DNA of 64,000 nucleotides from Magallana gigas. Taxonomy: Eukaryota. The notes beneath the pieces were generated by a model. The model was not told where the DNA came from. It saw only the letters and a program-made list of their open reading frames with translations, and made no database searches. A program made the position numbers and the translations under genes. Shown piece after piece: positions 47,880 through 61,872 of the stretch (positions within the stretch are counted from its first letter, which is position 1; every line of letters begins with the position of its first letter). Where the stretch lies: the NCBI RefSeq assembly GCF_963853765.1, contig NC_088857.1, positions 37,882,001 through 37,946,000 on the forward strand. Reading direction: 5' to 3'.

Positions 47880-48133
47880 AAAGGATTACATAACAAAAAT
47901 GTTTTAAAACGATTGATGAGCAAGTTCTACAACTTATATTACATTTTGTAATATCTCTCGTTGGCACGGATGTTAGCGCGAGGGGGTCATTGGTGGGGGA
48001 AGAAGCCGGAGTACCCGGAGAGAACCCACGTGTCCAAACGGGCGACCGCCATACCCTATCACATACAGCCACTGTCTATCACAAGGATCGAACTCGGGTT
48101 GCAGCGGTGACAAGCGAGTGCATTGTCCACTAA
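47880..48133 (-). mobile_element. tRNA-derived SINE with Meta/Deu-like central domain
   Basis: Minus-strand B-box GAGTTCGATCC (48085-48095) and central GGGTTCTCTCCGGGTACTCCGGCTTCTTCCCCCACC, similar to the conserved core of bivalve SINEs. Confidence 0.8.
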
Positions 48134-49879
48134 CGTTTCCCTACTTGGACACCTTTTTTTTTCTTTTGTTTATTCTTACTTTGTTTATTTCTTTTTTGTT
48201 TTCCATGTGGGATATTTTATGAAGAATGGTTAAATATTCAACACATTTTTTTGGTCAATTTATCAATTATATCTAGTATATGCTTTTTATTTATTTTATT
48301 TTGTATATCGCATATCGCATCCATATTTAGTTCAATTATTATTATTTAATTAAATTGTTGTCATTAAAATTTCATTTTCTTGTTAATATTATTTTATTAA
48401 TCGTTTATGTTGTTATAACGTAAGCCGTTTTATAAGGAAGGGTCCAAACACATGTACATTTTTTTCAATCTATGCTTATATACAGAATGCTTAGCTATTA
48501 GTTCAGTTATTATGTTGGTTTTTTCATTGTTTATAAAAATTTATTTCCCTGTTGATGTTGTTATTTTAACCTCTAACATCTTTGTCACGTCGCTGCACAT
48601 ACTTGTTTAGATAAGTGAAGTATTCTTTTGCGGCTGGTACCGATACATTATTCAAGTTCAAGTTCAGTTTATTCGCTCAAACCAAATATTTTGGTACAAG
48701 AGGAATAAAGAAATAGAATACACAAAAAACACAAATCGTCGGAGGTATATATACATGCATGTCAGGCACGTAGCATTTTCTCGCAGCAACTAATTTTTTA
48801 AAATTTACATATAAAACTTGAATTATCATGGAGTTGCCCCCCCCCCCCCCCCTTTTTTTACGGAGTATGTAAAAAAATTAATATGAAAATAAGGAAATTA
48901 GGATTGAAATTGAAGTTTAAAAGGGTCTGAAAAAGATAGTAGGACTTCGGTATAGAGGATCAAAATAGGAAAACAACAAAGGAGAGCAGACAGCATCGAA
49001 GATATTTCAAATAAATATACACATTTTTTCTTAGAAATTAGCATGAACATGATATGACGAACAAGTGCAAAACTTCAGCTACAGGTATTTTTGGTGACCC
49101 TGGCACTATAAAGATGCAATTACTGTGCTATGGGAGAAAATTAATTATATTACAAGTTCACTGAAAACGTTGTTCCTAGAAGTAGTTTGGTGTTTTGTTT
49201 TGTTTTTGTTTTTTGTTTTTTGTTATATTATGTAATCTCTACAATCTACATTATATAAACAACAAAAATTGAAACTTTACCTACCAGCCAATCGGGTCTC
49301 TCTGCCGCTTAAAAACATGAGAAAATTAAGAGAATGTCAAGAGGTAGAAAGGAAACATGACAAATAATAAAGAATTAAACTTTTAGTGGTACTTATAACT
49401 TTACATAAGTTTAATGTTGTGAAGTTTATAGATGGCAAACTTGGTATTTTCACAAAACTTGATTACATTTAGTGACGTAAAGTATCTAGTATTTAGGTAT
49501 TTCTATCTATTTGCTATCTATTTTTAGGTATTTAATAAGACAGTACTCACATAAATACAAGGTTGTATTGTTATTCATCAACAGTACATGTACGTCTTGA
49601 ATTACAAAATTGCAAACCCTCCTACCGAGTGCATATTCTACCACCTTTCAGTCTCCACTGCCAGATGGTGATTTGATGTTCTGAATTTTATGAAAGTTTT
49701 TCTATGTTGATGTATAAGAAATATTCATAACTGGGGCTCGTCTTTAAAATTCTGTATACCTGGCTTTTTGTTTATTTAGTATATGTATCGGGATTACTTT
49801 TTATAGAATTTTAAACGGATTATCAAGGGAATGGTTTATTTTCTAAATTTCTACATAATTCCGTTATTACAAAACCAGT

Positions 49880-51500
49880 CTGGTATCTCGTCTTCGCTGT
49901 TCGAATGAATGCCATTTCCGATGTTGGATCATGCTGTCCACACTTGATATGTTTCCATTCTGTTACTGACAGCGTGTTCGCATCATACTCCAGTACGGGC
50001 ATGACTACTGATTTATATGCACTTTCCTTTATGTGTGCAAAGCTGTTATTCAGATTACGGTGGAAGCAGAGTCTCTTGTTGCTTTGCCAAAGAAGTTAGT
50101 AGCTTCAAGTTACTAATGTGGTCGCTCCATCTTAGGATCTAATGTTACGAGACATCCAAAGTATTTTGCACTTTTTACATGTACGCTCAAGAACCTTGCC
50201 ATGTAGTCTATTTTGGTGTATATATGGTTTATTTTCCGGCTGACCAGGCTTGGGCGAATTACATTGCAAAGTAATGCATTACATTACCATTACCTCATGA
50301 ATTTTGGCATTAAATTACCATTACTTAATTTTCTTGAAGTAATGCATTACATTACCATTACATGAGTAAAGTAATGCATTACCATTACCATTACTTTGTG
50401 AAAAGTCAATTAGTTATTTAAAAGTAATTTAAAAGCTGAATAAAAGTTTTTGCAAAATGTTCACATATAAAGCATTTTTACAGGTTCATGTTCACTAGCA
50501 CGGTTTCATCTTTTAACTGCATCATGTCGGGTTTGAAAATCTAAGATATATTCTTTAATATTTTCAAATGGGTTATATTAGAAGTAAGTTTTAAGCCAAG
50601 AGATTAAGGGTGGGTTTTGGGGTGTTAAACACCCCTTAAAACAATAGATTGTTTTGATACTTAGATTATTCTTGGGGCATTGTGTGTTGTTGACACATTC
50701 TTCACAGTAGAGAATTCATTAAATGCACAACTAATTGGAGTAAATTTTTCAAATGATATAAAATTCTCAATAACAACACTCTTAAAATGTTATGAAATTG
50801 TGTTATAGCTAGTTATATTGACAATTTAAGAATGGCCGGGTTTTTAATTTTTTAAAAACACACAACTAAAATATTTTATCTCAAGAATTATTTATCCTCT
50901 TTAAAACAATTTTTAATCAAATACAATTTTAGCTATCCAATTCATCACAATTTTATGAAAATGAACATGCATAAAAAAGCATAGTAATTCAAAGTAATAT
51001 GCCATGTAATGCCAGCATTACACTAGATTTTGGACAGAAATGCATTACATTACTATAACTTGTAATGCTAAATTTGTGGCATTACACATTACTAGCATTA
51101 CTTTGAAAACATGTAATGCATTGCACTGCATTACCATTACATTTAGCATTACCCAAAGCCTGCTGCTGACTGACAGAATGTTGCACATTCATAGACGTAA
51201 TTCCCCTTTCCAACGCCTTTACAAAATGCCCAGTTTATGGAAGTCGGTATTTGGTGTCTGGGTATCTAATTCTGATGTAACAGTCAAACATATACAATCA
51301 TCAGCTAATAGTCTCACTACAGCGTACAAGCCTTCCGGTATATGTCATCGATGTAGAACAATAACAATTATAGCCAAAGGACCGACCCTTGGGATACTCC
51401 AGACTTGACAATCTTATATAGTTGGACACTGATTTTCCCATCGACAAAGTCCTGTCGGAAAGGACGCTAGCAATCCAGTTGTAAAGGGACGAAGCATTAC
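49880..51500 (-). mobile_element. Decayed L2/CR1 RT remnant split by a hAT-like insertion
   Basis: Minus-strand relics SGVSQGSV and VRLLADDCI (51280-51410). The downstream part (KYFGCL, AYKSVVMPVLEY) continues at 49900-50240. Confidence 0.75.
50245..51162. mobile_element. hAT-like non-autonomous element (918 bp)
   Basis: TIRs CAGGCTTGGG / CCCAAAGCCTG. 8-bp flanks CGGCTGAC (50237-44) and CTGCTGAC (51163-70) match 7/8. Subterminal GTAATGCATTAC repeats at both ends. Confidence 0.85.
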
Positions 51501-52078
51501 CCGGGGGGGGGGGGGGGCTCCATGCACCGACTTGTTTTCCCAAACTGAAAATTTTCTTAACACAATCAGTATTAGCAAAACTTTGATTAAGTTTCAGTAA
51601 TAAAAAATGCTCTTCCAACATAGATGTTGGTGTTGCCCAGAAGAAGCTAGAGTGCATTAATGAATATATTTTTTTTTGCAGCACAGCTTTTTAAAATCTT
51701 GCATAAACCTGAATGAACCAAGGAAAGTTCAAACAGTTTTCTGGAAGGCTGATTTTATTGTAGAAAGTTTTTTTGTTTTTTTAAACTATTTTTATCAGTA
51801 TTGTCTACAGATTAACTCGATGCTGTCCGTTCTTAGAACAAAAGACAAAAGAACTCCAACTCCAAACGGAATAGGATTGTATAAATTAAAAAACAAAAAC
51901 AAATGAATCCTTAGTTGGTTTGTCAATGTTTAGGGATTTTTTTTAGGATTCCTATTTTAAAAAAAGATGTTAAGTGGCTGTGGCGAACTTTATCAAAAGA
52001 CCAATAAATATGCCTCTGGTCAGTAAATCCTGTCATATACTTAAATTATATAATTTTATCAAATCAAATAAAGTGCAC

Positions 52079-52080
<2 letters not shown>

Positions 52081-52165
<85 letters not shown>
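52081..52165. repeat. (CT)n microsatellite upstream of ELOA
   Basis: Directly visible. Confidence 0.95.
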
Positions 52166-52171
<6 letters not shown>

Positions 52172-52283
52172 GTTGATTAATATCTCCTTTTACTAGAAAT
52201 TTACAAAGGTCTAGCTCGCAGACAAATTTCTTTCAACCGGATTTTTTTAACATTTTATTTTGAATGTTATGTTTCACCATATG

Positions 52284-52291
52284 ACTTCCGG
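52284..52291. promoter_or_regulatory. ETS/GABPA-type site (ACTTCCGG) upstream of ELOA
   Basis: Exact motif ~50 bp before the ATG at 52340. Confidence 0.45.
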
Positions 52292-52339
52292 TAACTTTTT
52301 TCGGGTATTTGCCAGTGACAGCTGGCGAAGTTGTGTGTG

Positions 52340-55300
52340 ATGGCAGATGATATCGAGAGTAAGATTCTAAGATACAAGTCTCGCTTACAAAATAGCACGG
52401 ACGAAGGAAAGGTATTCCTACTTTTACATATACACTGTAGCTTTCGTTTTGTAGCTTTCGTGTTGTGCTTTTTGGGTGCACATTTTCTTTTTGAAACTGT
52501 TCGGTCCAGCAGATCATGAATTGTGCGATACCCGAATTGCGTGTACTGGTTATTGGAAACAGTTTCAAACTTATATATTGTTCATCGTGGATATATTGAC
52601 AAAGCTTGCAATGTATTCAGCGAATGCTTATCATTGATTTTTAAAAATATAGTTAAGCTTTGTAAATTGATTCTGCAAGGGAATCCTTTCACAAATCACA
52701 AGGGCTTGTGTAGAGAAAAAAAAACGGTTAAAAAAGTGGGTACTTCAGAGGTAAATAACAAGAGAGGACGCCATCTTGGATACTGCATCCATTCTTCAGC
52801 TAATTTCTGATTTAAAACATTTATCAGGAACTTGCGCTAATTCGTATTCCTTTATAAATGTTTCTTATTTGGTACCTCACCTCCAGTTTAATTCATTTAC
52901 GTCTCCTTGAGGTTCAGATATTTTTTTATATATTAATTGTATAGATTGCTGCATATCATATTATATGAATAAAGTATAAAATCTTTCATGCATCATGGTT
53001 TTCATGTACATGTACATGTATGCTTATACCACAGTTGCTGGAAAATTATAATAATTATTATCACATGATACATGTAAGTCCAACGGGTTCCCTCATTTTT
53101 GATTGGTCTTAATTTTGTGGCACTTTCATAAACGATGGTGCATAGTAATATAAATAATGTCTGTACATCAATAACAATTGTCACGTAATTCATGTATTCC
53201 TACTTTTTTTTAACAGTTACAAGAAACACTACTGAAGATTGCAGATCTACCAATAACAGTGGATATTTTGCAGGTTTGTAATTAAGGGTGTGCAGTATTA
53301 CCGGTATCTTGGTATGTTGTGGTTTAGTCCTTGCTGACAATATATCACGTTATTAAAATCAAATACCTGTATTTTACAATATGTATGAATATATTTGGAA
53401 AAAATAAACAGCTGAAATAAACCTAATAAAGTGTTTGAAACTAGCCTGACATCGACAAGACCCCAAAAGTAAATGTAACGAGAGTAACTATGATAAACTT
53501 TGTGTATGGTAGGCGTGTGTGAATACAGAAGAGGATCGATGGTCCAGTGGTCTATGATATAAGTTTTATTTATTTTTCTTGTCGATTTAAAATACAGAAA
53601 ACATTTGGATAATACAGCAGTATATTGAATTCTTTCATTGATTAGTGTTTCCTGAATTTCTTTTTTTACGTTTGAGTTGAAGTTGTATTTTCTCAGGAAT
53701 GGGGCATTTTGTGGTTCTGGTTTCAATAGCATTGATATTGTTTATTCAAAATGGCTGACGACTACAAAACAGTAAAAAACATGAAAACTATAGCTGCTTT
53801 GTGGCAGAATTTTGCTCCCCAGAAGAGTAAAACGGACGGTGTGAATTTATCTAAATAAATTAAATATTAACTAATGTGCTATTTCTTACTACACACACAT
53901 TATAGACTATAGAACCTTAGTTATTACGATATTAAAAGTAATAGAAATCACTAAATTTTGAACATAAGTATTATTTATTTATAAAATTATCAAAGTTTAT
54001 GTATTTGCAGTATATTGCCATATATTGCAATGTTCAGAGTAATAATGATATTGCAATATATCGCAATATGGTTTTCACTGGCAATACCCAACTTTATTTG
54101 TAATTTAGGAGAATGTATAAAAAAAAAAAAAATGGTAGTATTGTTTGTATCAAGTATCTATGTAATACATGTAGCAAGTTATATTACATTATATATTTTA
54201 TAAGAAAATTATTAAAATATTTTTTAAAACATTACATGATATTCACACCATAATATGTAAGTATTTTATCATAAATTCATTGGTTCACATCTATAGTTTC
54301 TATTCAACAGCGAACAAAAATTGGAAAAGTGATTAATGGACTTAGGAAGAGAGATGGAGACTTGGGGTTCATTGCCAAAAGCATTGTCTCTGAGTGGAAA
54401 TCAATGGTGGCACGTGTTCAGGCACGAGAAGAAGAGGAAGAGAATGACACACACACCTCAGAGAGACCCAACTCCAGCCCCGAGGCAGGAAGTGATGTAA
54501 GAAGTCCAGTGGAAGAAGATCAGGAGGAATATATGAGCGATGAAATACAGGATAACATGAAGTCATCACATGAAAAGAGGAGAATCAAAGAGGAAACAAA
54601 AGATCATATAGCAGAACATGCTTCATCACACAGTAAAAGTGATAAACACAGAGGCTCAGACAACAGGCATAGAGAAAAAGACAGTAGACACTCCTCTAGC
54701 AGGGAAAATAAGTCCAAAAATAAAGACAAAACATCAGAGGACAGGAGAGAACATTCAGGGGAAAGTAAGAAAAGTTCTAGTAGTGATAAGAAGCATTCAA
54801 CAAGTGAATGTAGTTCCAAAAATGAACAGTCAAAAAATAAGGATGAGAAGAAAGAGGATGTTCACAAGAGCCATAAATCTCATTCCAAATCTACAGATTC
54901 TAAATCAAATAGTGAAAATGGAGGTAGAAAAGAAAGTAGACAGCAGGAGTCAAAACATTCTGAGAGCAGACATTCTAGTAAAGATTCAAGTAGACATTCT
55001 AGTAAAGATTCAAGTAGACATTCTAGTAAAGATTCAAGTAGACATTCTAGTAGAGACTCAAGCAGACTATCTAGTAAAGACATTGATAAACATTCTGATC
55101 AAAAGCATGGTCACTCATCTCAAGGAAGTCATAAAAATGAAAGTAGGCACTTGGAGGTTAAAGATTCAAGTAGTGATTATAATAGAAAAGATAAAACTCA
55201 GAGTAGGCATACAAATGAAAACAATGATGTTTCCAAAAGTCACTCTAAATATTCAGGTAGTGGTTCCAACAGTAAGAGCCAAGATGACAGGAAAACTAGT

Positions 55301-58300
55301 CTTTCAACTACAGAAAACTGTGATAAATCAAGGCAGAATTTGGAGCATTCCAGTAGTAAGGATAAGACTACAGACTTGATGAGATCCAAACGACCAAAGC
55401 ATACGTTGTCAGAGAGTGACAGTGAGAATTCAGAGGAAAATGCAGTGAGTAGTAGTCCGAATAAAGTCCTGGGTCAGTGGGATGGTCTAAGCTCTGATGC
55501 GGAGAAGAATGAAGAACCAGGGGGGTTCTTTTTCAATGACGAATACGTAGATCACGAGGCCCTATTGGATGATGCCCTCAATAAATATCACATGGCGCCG
55601 CTAGTGCCGAAGAGAGAATCGGACGTTACAGATAGGAAGTCCCAAAAGCGCTCCCTTGAGGAGAAAGGTGGTCAACATGCTGACGGAAGTAAAAGGAGGA
55701 GGACTGAGAAGGATTCAGAAAAATCAGGATCACACAGAGAGAAAGATCAGAAAGAAGACTCAAAACACAGATCTCATTCTTCAAGCAAATCGAAATCAAG
55801 CTCTAGTTCAAAATCTAGCAGTCACAAGCGAGATGGAGAGGACAAGAAATCAGAATCTAAAAAGTCCCGGTCGAAAAACCAAAGCAAAGAGCCTGGATCA
55901 TTTGAGGACTGTATAGCTGCTGTTCCAGTGGTAAAGAAACCAAAGGCTGATCCAAATTATGAGAAACTTAAATCCAAATTCAAAATCAAAAAGAAAGGAG
56001 AAGAGTCTGAAAAATCCAAAACTGAGAAAAAATCCAAACCAAATAACAGTGACAATATGAAAATTTCTGCCCCTCCACCAAAGGTAAATCAAATCAGAGG
56101 GTTCCACTTAGTCTGAAAGCAGTTAATTGAATAAATATACAGTAGGGAAAATTTCAGTCATAAAATTCACCTAAATGATTTCTAACCATGAAATTGATAA
56201 AATTGTCGTAATGCATATTCCAGTATTCATGATACAATTTTCTTTCCAGTTGAAACTGTCTCAGAGAGATTTGGCTAGCTTGGTTCGAAGCAATGCAGTC
56301 CCGAATTTCCGCCCTATCGAGGAAACTCTGTCTGCTGCCAGTCAGTTTGATGACTCTCTGATTGGTCAGAAAAGCTATGCCAAGACCATGGTGTATTCTG
56401 GGAAGAAAAATACTCTAGTACCAAAAGTATTCTCACTTCAGGAAATATGTTTGAATGTCCTCATGAACCATATTGACAGTAAGTGAAGAGTATTGAAAGA
56501 ACATACAGTGCACACCAAAAATATTTGTTTATGCGAAAAATAAATTGTATTGGTTCTCGGCAGAGACATAAATAACAGAGATTGGCAACTGATTGAAATC
56601 TCGCAAAATCCTGCAGTCCCTTTTGTAAAGTATTCCCAGTTTAAATCAGTACTGGTATATCTAATAAATATATTGAAATAAAAAAAGCTAAATCCTATTA
56701 CCAAAACATTCAAAATATATTTTCATGAGTGTGGGGCTTTTAAACAATATATATTAAAATGGGAGTTTCAGGATGCAATTGGCAACTGGCCGTCCAAAAT
56801 TTCACCAGTTATATAGCTGGCCTATATATTTTCTAAATATTAATGTTATTTTTCAATTTATTGTTACAAATACTGTACTTCTAAATCCTATGCACATTTT
56901 TCATAAAACAATATACTGTTGGTTTAAGATCAATATATCAATTTATCAATATGTAGTTCTCAAAGTAAGCATGGTCCTGAAACATTTTTCAACAACAAAT
57001 CACGCTAATGGCGTAGTTTCCAATCTCTGTTATTAATGTTTCAGTTCTCAGACACTGCAACAATTAGTGATGTGCTGCCTCCATTGCCCTACTAAAAAGG
57101 GGATTAACTCAATGATCTTAAAATTGAGTTGTTTCCCTTTGCAAATCTTGTAATAAAGATAAAAATAAAATACTTTTTGGCGGCTGTTGAATATATTTAT
57201 ATATTTTGACATTTTTGGCCTGAGAATCAACAGATTAATTTCCTTTAGGCCTGATCAAACATGTACCGAAACTTACACATTGAAAATGAATTCATGGAAA
57301 AAACATGAAAAAAAATTTGTAAACCTCAACTTCATTATGTATGAATTATTGATGAAAGTTAACATTTTTATGTCTTTAGGTATTGAAGCAGTAGGACCCT
57401 CTGTGCCATACTATTTAATGGAACCAGTGCTCAAAAGGTGTACCCCCTCCCAATTATACAGAATAGAGGACTTTAACCCTGTAAGTATCAAATGCAAACA
57501 CATCAGGAACTATCGAAATGATTAAATAATCTCTAACAAAAATTGAAAAATAAATTTCAAGTTTCTAGTTCACTGTTTACTGGGAAATAGAAGTTAGGAA
57601 AAAATCTCTATAGTAAAAAATTACAGTGCCTGAAATCTGTTCAATTAATTTCTTGGCAGCATTTCTTGGAGGAGAGTGATCAGCTTTGGAAGCTGCACTG
57701 TGAAAAAGAATTCAAAGGTTCCGAGCCAGATGAGTTTGAGTCATACAGGGAACTTTACCTGGTAATTCATAAACCCATAAATGTCAAAGTGTTCAATCCA
57801 AAGTTCTGATTTTTTCAATGATATTTTCAGCTAACAGATATCGTTGTAACATACTTTCATATCCTTTTTCTAATTGAATTTGAATATTTTCAGAGAATGT
57901 ATGATGAAAAGGAGAGAAAACTAAAACAGATAAAAGACAATATATCCCAGTCTATGGCAAAAGCAGTTCCTGGTAAACTTTAATAATCTTCTTGATTCTG
58001 TATGAAAGTCCATATCACATTTGAATTCTTATGACACATTGGTAGTGTCGATTTGAAAAATATGTGCATCATTGTTTGAAAACTCAAATTAAAAAATTAC
58101 ATTTTTTTTTTTTACATTGTAGAAAGAACAGCAAAACTTGCATATGTGGACAGTTACGTCAAACCCCCTCGAGATGTTCGCAGACAACAGTTAAAGTACG
58201 GAACGGCAGGACCGTCCTCAGGGGAAAGAGCCAAGAAGTTTGCACACCTCATGGACCCTATTGCAATTGGGAGGAAGGAGAGAGAGGAGAGAGGTTTCTA

Positions 58301-58669
58301 AATCATTCCATTCATAGATTTTTTTCTGTCAGAGCATGAATAAAATTAACCTATTTAATCTGATTAAACTCAGATCTCCTGTGAAATGTGACTACAAGGA
58401 CAAAATTAATTACCGGTACTTGTTCTTTCTTTTATCATTAATCAAGCATTAAAGATCAGATTTTAATCAAACTGAAATTTTTTTTCAAAAAATGTTTTCT
58501 CATTTAGAAAGTTATAAGTGTAATCAAGGTTCCTTCATGCAGACATGTTTTCATTTTTAGCAACACAGCCATTGTTTTCAAGTGAAAATGTTTTTGTTTT
58601 GCAGCTGTGAAGCAGAAGGCTCCAATGATGCAAAAGACAATGATGATGCTAAAGAAAATGCGAAGATAG
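52340..58669 (+). CDS. ELOA: Elongin A (transcription elongation factor B polypeptide 3)
   Basis: Exons 52340-52411, 53217-53273 (LPITVDILQ), 54311-56083 (RTKIGKVINGLRK...SEWK, then long IDR), 56250-56478 (TMVYSGKK; BC-box SLQEICLNVL), 57380-57480 (PYYLMEPVLKRCTPSQLYRIEDFNP), 57660-57761 (LWKLHCEKEF), 57894-57972, 58123-58293 (KPPRDVRRQQLKYGT), 58605-58669 (APMMQKTM). All phases agree; TFIIS-N and Elongin A domains match human ELOA. Confidence 0.96.
54966..55080 (+). repeat. Coding 24-bp tandem repeat (SRHSSKDS) in ELOA
   Basis: AGACATTCTAGTAAAGATTCAAGT, three near-identical units plus two degenerate ones. Confidence 0.9.
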
Positions 58670-60726
58670 TTATTCTTTTGTTTGTTTACAAATTGATTAT
58701 TGGTTGGAATGTATAAAATGTAATGTTTTTCATCATGTTTTAAATTTAAAGTGCTTTCTATACAAATTTAAATCTTTCTATTAATTATGTATAGGTTGGA
58801 ATGTTTTAATTCATGTTTGGTGCTGAAATGTGCTTGCAGTTAGAGCTAGTCCATATTTTGTGATGGCAAGTGAAATCTCACCTTTCATTTGCAGTTTTAT
58901 AAAGTACATGTACATAAAGAAGTGATTTTAAATTATTTTTTAAATTAATTAAATAACAATAAAATGGATGTAAGAACATAGATTAAGTCCATGTATGTAC
59001 CAGTACACATTATCTCCAAGACTTGTTTTATACATAAATGTAATTGTTTATAAGTTATGTCTCAGTACATAATGATATGAAGTTTCATAAATTTCACCTG
59101 AAAATTGAGGATGAATATTGTACACAAATGCACGACTTTGAATCTCAGGCGTTACAAAAATTTGATGACACAAGGTTTTTGCACTTAAAAGTATACATGT
59201 AAAACAAATACCTGGTACATGGTTTATATGCAGGAGGCAGCATAAGGTGAAATAAAAATTAAGATGTATGTTGCATGATATAGGGTTAGAAATGAGAAAC
59301 TCTGTTAAAAGGAATTGCATATAAGCATATACATGTATACACATAGCATTGTCATATAATGTGAGCCATCCATTAGTCTTTTATGAATTGTATATTCATA
59401 GTTTTTTTTTTATCAAAGGTGAAATTATTGCTACAGTTATATGACTCACAATGAGCATAATTTTCTACTGATAAAAAAAACCTAGCTTAATAAGTTTTTA
59501 TTGTAAAGAAATATTTCACATAGAAAACAGATTTTAAAGATTGCAGTAAGTCCAGTGTGGAACATGTTTTTAAATAAGTTCATGTAAATCATGTATGGTA
59601 TCCATGCATGTAAGAGGATCTTGGTCATTCACAAAGTGGATAGAGAGATTTGTATTACTTGTATTTTATTAGACAGTTTTGGCATTTATGAAGTGTCTAC
59701 TCTTGCACACACATATTTGAAGGCTCTATTTTTTTTCATTAACCATTTCTGTATATAGTTGTGTTTAAGATAAGATTCCTTGATTCATTCAATTCTTTGT
59801 TGTTACACAGCAAACATTGATGAAAAACTTCATTTTTAAAATCTTAATTATATTGAAACAATAGATTTGAATTTATTTAATTATGACATACTTCATTGTG
59901 TTTTGCTAAAGCAAAAATATTGCCTTAATTCTAAATATAGTGTTTGCATTAATTCTAGGGAAAATTAACTTAAGACTATGAGTGTTTCTTGTCACAAAAG
60001 TACAAGATGATTCGTTTAAATGTAATTCCTATTTCACAACTAAGATATTTATTTAGTCCTCAACAAGTGAAATTAATTTATAACATCAATTTTTAATAGA
60101 ACTGTATATTTTTTTCTATTTGCATTGATTTACATGCATCTGTTGGTAGTACTTTGTCTTTAGACAAGAAAACCCAAACTTGTGAGCAAACATAAATTGT
60201 TGAGTACTAGTGGAATCCTAGATTCTTGACTGGTGTGGGATTTAAATTCTACAAGATATATAGACATCCACTATTTGTATTTTATCGTTGATTATATTGA
60301 ATAAACCAGTTGTTCTTAATCGCAGTTCTTCTTTATTTAGATAGCAGTAAAGATGTAGAAGCATTTTACACAAGATCATGCCATATTTTTGGAAAAATAT
60401 TCAAAAGCAATACTGTTCATTTCTCATTGTTTTAAAATAGTACATGTTCTTATATGAACAATGGTCAAACAAAATAATAGAACATGATTTAAATGCATCT
60501 TTATTCTGTATCTAGACATACATGCATTACTTAGTTGATCAAGGAGTATGATTACTAGTAACAACTTGCAAGCACTTGACAGTTATCAGTAATACTACAT
60601 GTATTTACTTTAATATAAAGGAAATCAAATCATCTACTCGTAAAACATATTCAGACATTTAAGTTGTAACTTAAATTTTCTTGTTTAACCATCAGATCTT
60701 GATGCATAAGACACATGTATAGTTAA

Positions 60727-61872
60727 TCATGCTTTAAATAATTTGAACTTTTTAAAATTTTCTTGAATGTTTTCCTTTACGTAAGGTCTAGTTGCTATGC
60801 ATGTTGGTATGTTTTCTGGTTGTTCAATCCACAACTTATGATCAATTCCTTTACTTGACAATGTCTCTGAAAGTTTTACGATACTTTCTTCATCTGTTGC
60901 CTGAAAAAAAAGAAAACCTCTTTACATAAATAATATAATAGTATGTACTAAATTTTGATATTTTGAACAATTTGAATCCCTCTTGATACATAAATATAAA
61001 CTGTTGGATGTTGTGTTGTGGTGATTAACACATCATTCAGTTGAATTTTCTGTTCATAATGCAGAAGAGCATATGGCACAATTCCTTGCAACTTAGCAAA
61101 TAAATTTATGTGTATGGAGAAAAAAAATTGTGGCTTATGGGTGATGTTAAATATATTTTTAACTCCCTTAGATTTCATGATGCAAATCTCTCGAACTGCA
61201 TGGCTGCTAATATAATGCGAGCTTATAAAATGGTAAAACGTTACTGGCCAGACAGGAAAGTGGAATGGACAGACAGACAAATAGATGCACATGATTCATT
61301 CAATTTAACCCAAAAGTTTCTTATAAAGGTCCAGGAAAATCACTAGATCCACTTTTATAATATAGCTGGCTATATTAAATAGCTATTTAAACCCATCATA
61401 TATAGCTTTATCAACCTATATATGATAGTGACATGGGCTGAATGTCAAATAAAAGATTTCTGAAGATAGGTTGGTAAAGCTACATACCATAGGTTTAAAT
61501 ACCCTAATACATGTAGCTATATAGGTGGATCAAGTGATTTTCCTGGACCTGTTATAAGAGGCATACTGATGCCTGATTTGGATTTGATCATGTGATGTAT
61601 AAATAAAATGATTCTAAAACAAATGTAGGAAAATCAGAAAAAAAGAGAATATTCCCTTGACAATAGTTAAAAAACCCCAGATTTACCTCCAATGTAACTT
61701 TGTGCATGCTATCCACATCGCCAAGGTATTTCTGTGTGTCTTCTTTATCGTAGAACTGGTGTATGACAGCAACACAGGCATGACAGGCCTGTGTAATTAG
61801 AGCACCTGTAGGCCATCCCGATTTTAACAAATCTTTACGCACAACAATGTATTGTACTAGATTTTGTGCCAT
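60727..61872 (-). CDS. PTRHD1: Putative peptidyl-tRNA hydrolase PTRHD1 (PTH2 family)
   Basis: Exons 61687-61872 (QYIVVRKDL...[13 protein letters not shown]...MHKVTLE) and 60727-60900 ([20 protein letters not shown]...FKLFKA*), phase 0. Confidence 0.96.

Noticed and set aside
51040-51684. ORFs 51040..51408 (+) and 51301..51684 (-)
   Set aside because: Chance frames across the hAT subterminal repeats and the frameshifted LINE relic.
53298-53732. 144-aa minus-strand ORF inside ELOA intron 2
   Set aside because: No recognisable domain. It lies between GCAGTAT/ATTGCAATAT-type repeat ends, so it is probably inside a MITE.
54618-55916. Long alternative-frame ORFs (253 aa and 86 aa) and antisense ORFs within ELOA exon 3
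   Set aside because: Shadow frames of a low-complexity coding repeat; the ELOA frame explains the sequence.
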